64,000 nucleotides of DNA from a bacterium. GTDB lineage: Bacteria > Patescibacteriota > Saccharimonadia > CAILAD01 > JADZBC01. A program made the translations under genes and the position numbers. Where the stretch lies: NCBI GenBank assembly GCA_020852295.1, contig JADZBC010000009.1, forward strand, positions 216,058 through 280,057. The letters are read 5' to 3'. The notes beneath the pieces were generated by a model. That model saw only the letters and a list, made by a program, of their open reading frames with translations. It was not told the origin of the DNA and did no database searches. This document shows positions 28,757 to 37,237 of this stretch, in pieces. Position 1 is the first letter of the stretch. Each line of letters begins with the position of its first letter.

Positions 28757-29439
28757 TGTTTGACCACAAATCAATTGAAAAAATACTCGGTATCGAGTTT
28801 TCAAAACCAGAGCTGATCCGCCAGGCATTTATTCATCGCAGCTATATCAACGAGCATAGCAGTTCAGGATTGTCGCATAATGAGCGACTGGAGTTCTTGG
28901 GTGATGCGGTGCTCGAGCTGGTCGTGACTGATCATCTGTATCGCAATTTTGATAATCCAGAAGGTGAGCTGACGAGCTGGCGGAGTGCTCTGGTGAAGAC
29001 CGAATCGCTGGCTGCCCAGGCGCAAAAACTTGAGCTCGGCCAGTACTTGCAGATGAGCCGCGGTGAAGCCAAAAATGGTGGCCGTGAACGCGTTGCCCTT
29101 CTGGCTAACTTATTTGAAGCCATCATTGGTGCGATTTATCTTGATCATGGCTATGAAGCCGCCAAGAACTTTGTGCACGAACATATTATTGCTCAGCTGG
29201 ATCAGATTTTGAGCTCACGAAGCTACATTGATGCCAAGAGCCAATTCCAAGAACTTGCCCAAGAGCGTGAAAATACTACGCCACATTATCGAGTGGTCTC
29301 CGAAGAGGGTCCTGATCACAACAAGATTTTCGAAGTAGCAGTGTTTCTTGGTGCAGTGGAGAAAGGTCGCGGCAAGGGTAACTCTAAGCAATCTGCTCAA
29401 CAGGCTGCCGCGGCTGACGCCCTAAAGTCTTATTCATAG
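28756..29439 (+). CDS. rnc: ribonuclease III
   Basis: Signature ERLEFLGDAVLELVVTDHLY and a C-terminal dsRBD. Confidence 0.9.
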   Translation: MFDHKSIEKILGIEFSKPELIRQAFIHRSYINEHSSSGLSHNERLEFLGDAVLELVVTDHLYRNFDNPEGELTSWRSALVKTESLAAQAQKLELGQYLQMSRGEAKNGGRERVALLANLFEAIIGAIYLDHGYEAAKNFVHEHIIAQLDQILSSRSYIDAKSQFQELAQERENTTPHYRVVSEEGPDHNKIFEVAVFLGAVEKGRGKGNSKQSAQQAAAADALKSYS

Positions 29440-29528
29440 CGCACAAGGTTGACCCTGTCTGGCGATGGGGCCATCATAGATTCTAGGCATAGTGCCAACC
29501 GGAATGGCCGAACTGAGGGGGTGAACTC

Positions 29529-29999
29529 ATGGCACGGAAATCCGGTGATCTAATTGATATCCATGTGTCGGTCGACTCACTCGTACCGTCTGAGGTAGTG
29601 GTAAGGGAGACGAGCTTTCCGATCTCGGCGGGTCGAGTTGTCGCGCTGATGAAGCGGGGGGAGTGTTGGCGCAACCAGCTTGAGCCCCATGACGCGAGTG
29701 AAGGTGTCGAACTACCCGAATTCGGTCCCGTTGCTGACGCGATCAACCGTGCGTTGGCAGATGATGATCGGATCAGTGGCTGGTTTATCGTCGATGCTCA
29801 CACACTCATTGTCCAGCTCAATGACTTAGGCTGGGATGATGAGCGGACCAACGGCGCACTCGAGGTGGCGCAGTGGCTGTGCGAGGTGCTGCAGCGCGCA
29901 CTAAGCGCAACTGGCAGTCGACGCCACATCAAGTTCGCACCACCGGCCTTCACGCTGTTCGCGGACTACCACTGCACTCCCATGGATGTCACAACCTAG
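29529..29999 (+). CDS. hypothetical protein (156 aa), high-GC island gene 1
   Basis: GAGGGGG RBS. G/C-dominated third positions. Lies between rnc and smc. Confidence 0.5.
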   Translation: MARKSGDLIDIHVSVDSLVPSEVVVRETSFPISAGRVVALMKRGECWRNQLEPHDASEGVELPEFGPVADAINRALADDDRISGWFIVDAHTLIVQLNDLGWDDERTNGALEVAQWLCEVLQRALSATGSRRHIKFAPPAFTLFADYHCTPMDVTT

Positions 30000-30127
30000 A
30001 TCTCTCTAGTCCTGGAGGGGTCTAGAGAACGCAATTATATTTCTCGATACTTGACCAGGGCACCAACTACTCCTATGCTTAGGGCGAGCGACCGCTCGCA
30101 CCATCTACAATCTGGAGGTACGTCACG

Positions 30128-31159
30128 ATGACGCCCACCCTCATGCGACGGGTCGGCGCATCTGCCGGCACGATCGTTGACGCACTCACTCATCCGCCCT
30201 ATGGCTGGGGTGAGCATCGCGACTTCGAGTCGCACGCCGATCATGGCTCGGTTGCCGTTACGTTTGAGGATCAGCCGGTGGTGGTGGAGTACTACCACTT
30301 CCCGGCCGGTCCGCATGCGCCGACGGTCTTCATCTGCAACGGCTTCACGGCCAATGCAGGGGTGTATGGCCCACTCGGCAAGGCTGTCTGGCACCACGAG
30401 CACAACGTTGTGCTATTGAGCCTGCCTGGTCACGGCGGCACTACGCTGCCAATGCATCGTCCACTTGGCTATGCCGACACTGCCGAGATCATGATCTCGG
30501 CGATCGAGGCAATCCGTCATGAGACTAGCATGGTCGGGGAGATCATCCTGGCCGGTCACTCTCACGGTGGCGGTGTAGCGATGGCGATCGCGGTGCGGCT
30601 GGGTCAGCAGGCCAATCGGCTGATCTTGCTGGCTTCGGTCGGTGGGCCCGAATGGAGCCGGATCACAACCCACATGCAGCAGAGCCTTGATGGCATTCGC
30701 GCTTGCCACCCCAATCTCGGACAGGTGAGTCGGGACCTACAAGTCCTGGCCATGCTGTTCGGAGAGGGGCTGCTGATGGTGCCACCACCGTGGGATGCCG
30801 TCAACGCCGGCAAGGAGCTGATCCTGCCGTTCGCCCGTGGCTTCCGCGGCTGGCGTCGTCCGCTTGAACTGTGGAGTGTGGCAATCGACACCATCGTCGG
30901 CGACGCTTACTCGCTCGAGAGCGATCTCGCGCAGGTGAAGCGACTGGGTATCCCAACGGCCTGTGTGGCGGGCAAGCTCGATGGCGTGATCAACCGCAAG
31001 GTCATCCGGCAACAGGCCAAGCTGGCGGGTGCTGGGGAGTTTCACTACACCACCACCCATGCCAGCTTCCTCGCACCGGAGGCACGTCGTCGTATCGCCG
31101 AGCTCATCACTCTGCCAGATGATTCGTTCAAGTTGGCCGTCGAGAAGCATCTTCGCTGA
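30128..31159 (+). CDS. alpha/beta hydrolase (high-GC island gene 2)
   Basis: G-x-S-x-G nucleophile elbow (AGHSHGG). A CTGGAGG RBS sits upstream. Confidence 0.65.
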   Translation: MTPTLMRRVGASAGTIVDALTHPPYGWGEHRDFESHADHGSVAVTFEDQPVVVEYYHFPAGPHAPTVFICNGFTANAGVYGPLGKAVWHHEHNVVLLSLPGHGGTTLPMHRPLGYADTAEIMISAIEAIRHETSMVGEIILAGHSHGGGVAMAIAVRLGQQANRLILLASVGGPEWSRITTHMQQSLDGIRACHPNLGQVSRDLQVLAMLFGEGLLMVPPPWDAVNAGKELILPFARGFRGWRRPLELWSVAIDTIVGDAYSLESDLAQVKRLGIPTACVAGKLDGVINRKVIRQQAKLAGAGEFHYTTTHASFLAPEARRRIAELITLPDDSFKLAVEKHLR

Positions 31160-31179
31160 TCGGTCTCTGCCCACTCGGG

Positions 31180-31207
31180 GAACCCGCCCCCGGGTGGGTT
31201 CTTCGTT
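31180..31207 (+). terminator. hairpin GAACCCGCC-CCCG-GGTGGGTTC followed by TTCGTTG
   Basis: The stem contains one G-U pair. Lies directly after the island hydrolase stop. Confidence 0.45.
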
Positions 31208-31254
31208 GTACTTGCATACCGCAGACCGCTACAATGGTAGGTAATGAGGGTGAC

Positions 31255-33711
31255 ATGCTACTTCGAAGAATAGAAATATCTGGCTTTAAGTCTTTTGGTG
31301 CGCGAACCAAAGTTGATGTGTCGAGTCGGATTGTTGGTATTGTGGGCCCGAATGGCGCAGGGAAAAGCAATGTTGTCGATGCAGTCCGTTGGGTACTAGG
31401 TGAGCAGTCGATCAAGGCCTTGCGACTGAAAAAATCAGAAGAAATTATTTTTGCCGGTACCCCCAAGAAGTCGCGTGCCAGCATGGCTGAAGTGACGATT
31501 CGGCTCGATAACTCTGATAATAAAATTCCGATTGAACTCACCGAGATAGAGCTCACCCGGCGTCTCTATCGATCCGGTGAAAGTGAGTATTTGCTCAACG
31601 GCCGCAAGACTCGGCTTGGGCAGATCGAGCTTCTCTTGGCACGGAGCGGATTTGGTACCGGCAGTTACAGTGTTGTTGGTCAGGGTATGATCGACCAGAT
31701 CTTGCTTGCCAATCCGGCTGAACGCAAAGCAATGTTCGATGAAGCTAGTGGCATAAAAGCCTATGAACTGGATCGAGCGCAGCATTTGAAAAAGATTGAG
31801 AAGAGCCGCTCAAACTTATCGAGTGTTGAGGCAATTCTGCGCGAGCTGGCGCCTCAGCAGCAGGCACTGAAGGCGCAGGCTGAGCTTTTGCAGCGTCGAA
31901 GTGAGATACGGGTGCAGCTGACGGAGTCTCGACAGCACTACATTGCCCAGCAGGCACTTGCGCAGCGCGAACGCCTATCGCAAGTTGATCGCGACATGAA
32001 AGCCGATACAAAGAAACTGGAAGCGATTCGCTCACAGGAAAAAGCGGTGCGTACCGCAATCACTGAGCTTGAGAAGAAGCAGTCAGATGCGATACGGCAA
32101 ATATCCACAAATAGTAAAAGTCTAAAGCGAACCGAGCAATTGCGTGACGATACCGTACGTCAGTTAGCACAGTTGCAGGCTGAGCATAGTAGTTTGCTCG
32201 GTCAAGTGCCGGATAAGCGCAAGGAGGAGTCTCAACTCACGCGTGAACTGACAGCCAAAACCACCCAGCTCGAAAAGATTACCGCTCGGCTTATAAAGAT
32301 CAATCAGGCAATTGCGAACTATCAAACAAAAATATCTGAGTACGACGACAAGCTGAAGAAAGTGCATGCCGAACAGTCGAAAGTGAGGAGCCAGATACTG
32401 CGTAATAGTAAAAACCGTTATTTGCAGCATGCCCTTGGTCTCACGCAGCTATTGTCTGATCATTTGAGTAAGAAGCACGTCGTTGACGAACAGCAGCTCA
32501 ACTTGGCGGTGCATAAGTTGGCTCGTTTTCTACGGCTCGCCATTGACCTTCAGCCCGAAGAGCTGCCAGCAAAACTTACTCGGCTCCAAAATAGCGCCAA
32601 TCGTCTGATGGCGCATCGCGATGAGGTCAACGAGCAGCAGACGGCTGAGATAATTCGCTTGCGAGCTCTGGAGCTTGATCAGGCCACGATAGAGGCTGAA
32701 ATGGCGGAAATTAAAGAAGACCTACAGAGCCTGGCGGATCCCAAAGTAACAACCGAGCAGAGCAAGCTTGCCGACAAAATCAAGCAACTACAGTCAAAAC
32801 TCGATGATTACGACAGTCAACTTGAGCAATTGCGTGGCAGTTTTGTGCAAACCCAAGAGACGACAGGTGCCGCAGACCTCGCTGCGCTGAACACCAAGCT
32901 CCAGGGCATTATCGTCGAGCGAGTTCAGCTAGAGGCACAACTCAAAGATCGGGAAGCTGACAAGAAGTCTCTTATTGCAGAGGAGCAGCAGTGGCTGGAA
33001 CAAGCCAAACAGTGGGGAATTGCGCTCAGTGCTGTACCAAAGCAGCCGCGCCCAACGACACTGGCCGAGATCAATCGGCTGGAGGGTGAGCTCGAAGCTA
33101 TCGCTGAGATCGATCCGGCGCTGCTCGAGGAGGTAGCTGCGATTGATGAACGGGTGGATTATCTCAATCGGCAGGTAGCCGACTTGGCTCAAGCAATCGT
33201 CGATACAGAGGCGATCATTTCGAAGCTCGAAAAGAAGATTGCCAATCAATTTGAAACACGATTTCGGAAGATCAATAAGCAGTTCGCACACTATTTCGGG
33301 ATTTTGTTTGGTGGCGGCGATGCGCAGCTCAGTCTTGTGCAGGGGGATGAGTCGGAGTATGGCATCGAGATCCTGGTGACGCCACCCAATAAGCGCCCCG
33401 GGGTACTGAGTAGTCTATCTGGTGGTGAAAAAGCGTTGAGTAGTATTGCTCTCCTAGCTGCCATCTTATCGGTCAACCCGAGCCCGTTTGTGATTCTTGA
33501 TGAGGTTGATGCAGCGCTCGATGAGGCCAATTCGGTCAAATTCGGCAAAATCATACAGGAGATTTCTCGATTCTCGCAGGTGTTAGTGATTACACACAAC
33601 CATCAAACCATGCAGGTAGCAGGTGAATTGATGGGGGTAACGGCCGGTCCTGATGGTAGCTCAACCATTCTCAGTGTCCAGCTCGCCGTGGCCGAAGCCC
33701 TGAGTCATTGA
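31255..33711 (+). CDS. smc: SMC-like chromosome segregation ATPase (unusually short, 818 aa)
   Basis: N-terminal Walker A (GPNGAGKSNVVDAVRWVLGEQS). C-terminal signature LSGGEKALSSIAL and Walker B ILDEVDAALD. A long coiled-coil middle. The first in-frame ATG after the RBS-like GGTAGGTAATGAGGG was taken as the start. Confidence 0.8.
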   Translation: MLLRRIEISGFKSFGARTKVDVSSRIVGIVGPNGAGKSNVVDAVRWVLGEQSIKALRLKKSEEIIFAGTPKKSRASMAEVTIRLDNSDNKIPIELTEIELTRRLYRSGESEYLLNGRKTRLGQIELLLARSGFGTGSYSVVGQGMIDQILLANPAERKAMFDEASGIKAYELDRAQHLKKIEKSRSNLSSVEAILRELAPQQQALKAQAELLQRRSEIRVQLTESRQHYIAQQALAQRERLSQVDRDMKADTKKLEAIRSQEKAVRTAITELEKKQSDAIRQISTNSKSLKRTEQLRDDTVRQLAQLQAEHSSLLGQVPDKRKEESQLTRELTAKTTQLEKITARLIKINQAIANYQTKISEYDDKLKKVHAEQSKVRSQILRNSKNRYLQHALGLTQLLSDHLSKKHVVDEQQLNLAVHKLARFLRLAIDLQPEELPAKLTRLQNSANRLMAHRDEVNEQQTAEIIRLRALELDQATIEAEMAEIKEDLQSLADPKVTTEQSKLADKIKQLQSKLDDYDSQLEQLRGSFVQTQETTGAADLAALNTKLQGIIVERVQLEAQLKDREADKKSLIAEEQQWLEQAKQWGIALSAVPKQPRPTTLAEINRLEGELEAIAEIDPALLEEVAAIDERVDYLNRQVADLAQAIVDTEAIISKLEKKIANQFETRFRKINKQFAHYFGILFGGGDAQLSLVQGDESEYGIEILVTPPNKRPGVLSSLSGGEKALSSIALLAAILSVNPSPFVILDEVDAALDEANSVKFGKIIQEISRFSQVLVITHNHQTMQVAGELMGVTAGPDGSSTILSVQLAVAEALSH

Positions 33712-33714
33712 CAT

Positions 33715-33751
33715 TTACCCTGGTTTTCAGGTAAAATACTCTGGTATTTTT
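33715..33751 (+). terminator. two consecutive hairpins (TTACC..GGTAA; ATAC-tctg-GTAT followed by TTTT) after smc
   Basis: Stem-loops followed by a U-run, directly after the smc stop codon. Confidence 0.45.
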
Positions 33752-33762
33752 AGAAGGAACCT

Positions 33763-34227
33763 ATGCTTGTAATTCGATTGGCCCGTGTGGGTCGCAAAAA
33801 ATATCCGGTCTACCGTATCGTTGCTGCTGACAAACGTCGAGCGGCTACTTCAAAATTTGTTGCTGTACTTGGTAACTACAACCCTCACACCAAAGAGTTG
33901 GTTATCAAGAAAGAGCAGCTCATCGACTTCGTGAACAAAGGCGCCCAGCCGAGCAACCGAGTACTCCAGCTTATGCAACAGGAGAAGATGGAGCTGCCAA
34001 AGTGGGCCAGCATCAAGACTCGTAATCGTAAGCCAAAGAAAGAAGCTGAAGAAGGCGAAGCTACTGCCGAAGTGGCTACCGAATCAGCCGATGCCAAGAC
34101 TGCACCAGCTGATGCTGATGCTACCGAAACCGCTCAGAGTGCCGAAGCTGCACAGACAAATGACGCTGATGCTCAAGAAGCTGCTGCCGAAGCCGCTGAA
34201 GCTGCCAACGACGAAGCTGCCGCCTAA
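33763..34227 (+). CDS. rpsP: 30S ribosomal protein S16 with a long Ala/Glu-rich C-terminal tail
   Basis: MLVIRLARVGRKKYPVYRIVAADKR is the S16 signature. AGAAGGA RBS. Confidence 0.85.
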   Translation: MLVIRLARVGRKKYPVYRIVAADKRRAATSKFVAVLGNYNPHTKELVIKKEQLIDFVNKGAQPSNRVLQLMQQEKMELPKWASIKTRNRKPKKEAEEGEATAEVATESADAKTAPADADATETAQSAEAAQTNDADAQEAAAEAAEAANDEAAA

Positions 34228-34320
34228 TCAAGGCCTACTCTGGTAAATCTCAAAGATTAGATTTACAATAAACCCATTAGTACCTTTTGTTATCACTACT
34301 AAAAACTGAGGAGAAGAGAT

Positions 34321-34710
34321 ATGGCTGAAGCCGATCAAGCATTTGTCGAGTATGTCGTCAAAGCAATTGTTGATAATCCTGATAAAGTAGAAATCAAACG
34401 TACGGTAGATGAGCGGGGTGTTTTGCTCGAGCTCAGTGTTGACCCAGATGATATGGGTAAGATCATCGGAAAGGCTGGGGCTACGGCCAAGTCAATCCGG
34501 ACACTTTTGCGTGTGCTCGGTGCCAAGAGCGATGCACGATTCAATCTCAAGATTGTTGAGCCAGAGGGCAGTGAGCATGCTGCAGCTAGCCACGAAGAGC
34601 CGCAGTCGGCTCAGGCTGAGGCGCCAGTCGATGAAGGTGACGCCAAGCTAGACGCCATCAAGGCTAAGGCCAAAGAAGGTCTCGAAGATCTCGACGATCT
34701 GGACATCTAA
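34321..34710 (+). CDS. KH-domain RNA-binding protein (YlqC/UPF0109-like) with an acidic C-terminal tail
   Basis: KH GxxG loop in IIGKAGATAKSIRTLL. Position between rpsP and trmD is conserved in monoderms. Confidence 0.75.
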   Translation: MAEADQAFVEYVVKAIVDNPDKVEIKRTVDERGVLLELSVDPDDMGKIIGKAGATAKSIRTLLRVLGAKSDARFNLKIVEPEGSEHAAASHEEPQSAQAEAPVDEGDAKLDAIKAKAKEGLEDLDDLDI

Positions 34711-34716
34711 TATTCC

Positions 34717-35124
34717 ATGGCCGACCTATCTAGCCATGGGGTTGTCGCAGTAGTAGTTAAGGACGGTAAATACTTACTACTCAATGACGTTAGAGATCTA
34801 ATGTACGGAAAGTGGGCTCCACCTCATGGCAGATGTGAGTCAACTGACACCTCAGAAGAAGATGCGGTTAAGCGAGAAACTACCGAAGAAACCGGACTAC
34901 GCGTAACCCCAATTCGAAAATTACTTACTCAACCCGCTGATACAAAAGTAAAAACAGTCTCTTTTTGGCATTGTGAAGTGGAGGGTGAGAGCGAAGTGGT
35001 GCTTGATGCCACTGAGTCATCTGAATACAAATGGTGCAGTGTGGACGAGGCTCTCGCATTGCCACTGTATCCTGGCACACAAATATTTTTTGAAAAGATA
35101 AAGAACGACGAAATTCAAATTTGA
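34717..35124 (+). CDS. NUDIX hydrolase (135 aa)
   Basis: Nudix box GRCESTDTSEEDAVKRETTEETGL. Confidence 0.65.
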   Translation: MADLSSHGVVAVVVKDGKYLLLNDVRDLMYGKWAPPHGRCESTDTSEEDAVKRETTEETGLRVTPIRKLLTQPADTKVKTVSFWHCEVEGESEVVLDATESSEYKWCSVDEALALPLYPGTQIFFEKIKNDEIQI

Positions 35125-35795
35125 AGATACATATAATCACACTTTTTCCAGAAATGTTTGAGGGGCCGTTTGCGCACTCTATGATTTGGAAGGCGCAGGA
35201 CAAAGGTCTGGTCGAGATCAAACTCGTCAATCTACGTGACTTTGGTATTGGTCCGCGCAAGACGGTCGATGATACGCCATATGGTGGCGGGGATGGTATG
35301 GTGCTGCGGGTTGAGCCAGTCTTTGCAGCGGTTGAGTCGATAAAGGAAACAGGGCCCGAAGCAAAAGTACTCCTCATGACGCCACGCGGCAAGCCATTTG
35401 TGCAGGCTGATGCACAAAAGCTCAGTACCGAGCAATCGCTTATTATTTTGTGTGGTCACTACGAAGGTTTCGATGAGCGCATCATGAGCCTCGTCGATCT
35501 AGAGATATCGATGGGAGACTTTGTACTGACTGGCGGTGAGATTCCGGCGATGGCGGTGGTCGATAGTGTGGTGCGATTGATACCGGGCGTACTCGGTGGT
35601 GAGATGAGTGCGCACGATGAGTCGTTTAGCCACGGCCTGCTGGAGTATCCACAATACACACGGCCAGATGAGTGGCGGGGGATGAAGGTACCCGATGAGC
35701 TCAAGTCGGGGAACCATGCGCAGATCGCCCAGTGGCGCAAAGACCAGGCGATTCGTAAAACAGGTGAAAATCGACCCGAGCTACTAGATTTTTAG
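35121..35795 (+). CDS. trmD: tRNA (guanine37-N1)-methyltransferase
   Basis: TrmD blocks IHIITLFPEMF, YGGGDGMVL and LTGGEIPAM. Confidence 0.9.
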   Translation: MKIHIITLFPEMFEGPFAHSMIWKAQDKGLVEIKLVNLRDFGIGPRKTVDDTPYGGGDGMVLRVEPVFAAVESIKETGPEAKVLLMTPRGKPFVQADAQKLSTEQSLIILCGHYEGFDERIMSLVDLEISMGDFVLTGGEIPAMAVVDSVVRLIPGVLGGEMSAHDESFSHGLLEYPQYTRPDEWRGMKVPDELKSGNHAQIAQWRKDQAIRKTGENRPELLDF

Positions 35796-35799
35796 GGTG

Positions 35800-35856
35800 G
35801 AGCAGGGGATCAACCTCCCCTAGCGCTCTCCCCTGCTTCCCTGCGATTTTTTTTAC
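35800..35856 (+). terminator. trmD terminator: GAGCAGGGGA...TCCCCTGCTTC hairpin followed by T8
   Basis: A 10-bp GC-rich stem with a 19-nt loop, followed by TTTTTTTT. Confidence 0.6.
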
Positions 35857-35899
35857 TTCTTGCCCTCCCCGCACCCTAGCTCTCCCCTGTTTGGATATA

Positions 35900-35928
35900 T
35901 TGACAAATCCCCTATTTTATGCTAATAT
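35900..35928 (+). promoter_or_regulatory. consensus sigma70 promoter TTGACA-17-TAATAT (cassette copy 1)
   Basis: Perfect -35 and a near-consensus -10 with a 17-nt spacer. Duplicated at 36580-36608. Confidence 0.6.
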
Positions 35929-36034
35929 TTCTTCTAATTCCTACCTGTATGGATAGGTGGAGGAGCCCTCGGGTAACTCAGCGGCGTAGCTCTGGCGCCA
36001 CCCCAGAGCACTTGAAATGGAAGGAGGTGCTCGG
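35929..36034 (+). promoter_or_regulatory. structured roughly 105-nt leader, copy 1 (mutually exclusive hairpins GGCGU..GCGCC and GCTCTGG..CCAGAGC)
   Basis: Conserved against copy 2 at about 75% identity, with compensatory substitutions. Ends in an AAGGAGG RBS. Confidence 0.5.
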
Positions 36035-36463
36035 ATGAGCACCACCGAACTGAAGAAGGTCAACCTGCTCGAGTTCTTCGAGAAGGTGATCAACGGTCCC
36101 TCCCGCGAGGAGCTGTTCGACAGCCTGCGGCTGTTCAACCTCCGCCAGACGCTGGTCGAGTTCACGCTCGAGCAGAAGCGGCTGCGCGGATCGATGGTCA
36201 AGCCGACGGTCATCAAGGCCCGCGTCATGGGCATCCGTCCCGAGGACGGGTCGTCCAACCGCTGGCTGGTGGACCTGCTGGTCAACCAGATCGTCAACAG
36301 CGACACCGAGCCGGAGGACCCGTACGTCTCGATCTACTTCGACACCCAGGTGCGAGCAGGGCACATCATCGTCCCGCCGCAGCGCGAGGTCGTCGTGCGA
36401 GACGGACAGATCGTGCTGGACGGCACGGTGATCGGGAACCTCCCGGCCGCCACGTTCAGCTGA
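36035..36463 (+). CDS. hypothetical protein A (142 aa), high-GC cassette cargo, paralog of the 36713..37075 protein
   Basis: AAGGAGG RBS 8 nt upstream. Shares GPSREELFD(S/A)L and GI(R/S)xEDGSxNxW(L/I) blocks with protein B. G/C-rich third positions. Confidence 0.55.
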   Translation: MSTTELKKVNLLEFFEKVINGPSREELFDSLRLFNLRQTLVEFTLEQKRLRGSMVKPTVIKARVMGIRPEDGSSNRWLVDLLVNQIVNSDTEPEDPYVSIYFDTQVRAGHIIVPPQREVVVRDGQIVLDGTVIGNLPAATFS

Positions 36464-36469
36464 TCTTCG

Positions 36470-36577
36470 GCAAGCCAGGCCACTGGGGCCCGTGAAGATT
36501 CTACGCTTCAACGATCCGATACGTTAATTCGGGTCACCACCCAAGTTCATAACTCGTTTGTGAGTTTAGGTGGAAAG
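36470..36577 (+). repeat. 3-prime flank repeat copy 1 (about 108 nt, 97% identical to 37079-37184)
   Basis: Direct repeat containing an AACTC-gtttgt-GAGTT hairpin. Immediately followed by the next promoter. Confidence 0.7.
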
Positions 36578-36579
36578 TA

Positions 36580-36608
36580 TTGACAATATGTATTAAATAT
36601 GCTAATAT
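36580..36608 (+). promoter_or_regulatory. consensus sigma70 promoter TTGACA-17-TAATAT (cassette copy 2)
   Basis: Same hexamers and spacing as copy 1. Confidence 0.6.
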
Positions 36609-36712
36609 TTCTTCGATTCTTACCTGCATGGGTAAGTGGAGACGCCTTCGGGCATCTTAACGGCGCAGCTCTGGCGCCATCCCAGAGCACAAAACAGAAA
36701 GGGGTGTCTCGT
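36609..36712 (+). promoter_or_regulatory. structured leader, copy 2
   Basis: Hairpins CTTACC-tgcatg-GGTAAG and GCC-TTCG-GGC. Alternative pair GGCGC..GCGCC and GCTCTGG..CCAGAGC. RBS AAAGGGG. Confidence 0.5.
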
Positions 36713-37075
36713 ATGAGCACCGCCACCATCCACCCCGAAGACAAGTTCTTCGGACCCTCCCGCGAGGAGTTGTTCGACGCACTCGAACACGACCGAACCC
36801 TTCGCATGACACTGGAGAAGGACTGGTCGCAGACCAGCGATCCGCGGCAGATCGTCTTCCGGGTCATCGGCATCAGCCGCGAAGATGGTTCGAACAACTC
36901 CTGGATCCTGGAGATCGCCCTCGTGTCTGCCGTGGAGGAGCGGTTCTACCAGGGGGTCGAGGCATCGCTCAACTTCGGTGATCGCGGAGGTAAGAAGTTC
37001 GCCTCCGTCCTCGGTCGCAAGATCCGGGTGCACTACTCCTCAGCGAAGGCTGAAGGCCGATTCCTGGAGTTCTGA
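36713..37075 (+). CDS. hypothetical protein B (120 aa), paralog of protein A
   Basis: The ATG follows the leader. Conserved blocks are shared with protein A. High GC3. Confidence 0.55.
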   Translation: MSTATIHPEDKFFGPSREELFDALEHDRTLRMTLEKDWSQTSDPRQIVFRVIGISREDGSNNSWILEIALVSAVEERFYQGVEASLNFGDRGGKKFASVLGRKIRVHYSSAKAEGRFLEF

Positions 37076-37078
37076 GTG

Positions 37079-37184
37079 CAAGCCAGGCCACTGGGGCCGT
37101 GAAGCTTCTACGCTTCAACGATCCGATACGTTAATTCGGGTCACCACCCAAGTTCATAACTCGCTTGTGAGTTTAGGTGGAAAA
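37079..37184 (+). repeat. 3-prime flank repeat copy 2
   Basis: Near-identical to 36470-36577 (one indel, three substitutions). Confidence 0.7.
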
Positions 37185-37194
37185 TACTAAAACG

Positions 37195-37237
37195 GTACAA
37201 GCCCCCGACAAGATTGCTCTCGTCGGGGGCTTTGTAC
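37195..37237 (-). terminator. strong hairpin GTACAAAGCCCCCGAC-12 nt-GTCGGGGGCTTGTAC with a U-rich tail on the minus strand
   Basis: A 15-16-bp stem abutting the stop of the minus-strand ligase gene. May act bidirectionally. Confidence 0.6.
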
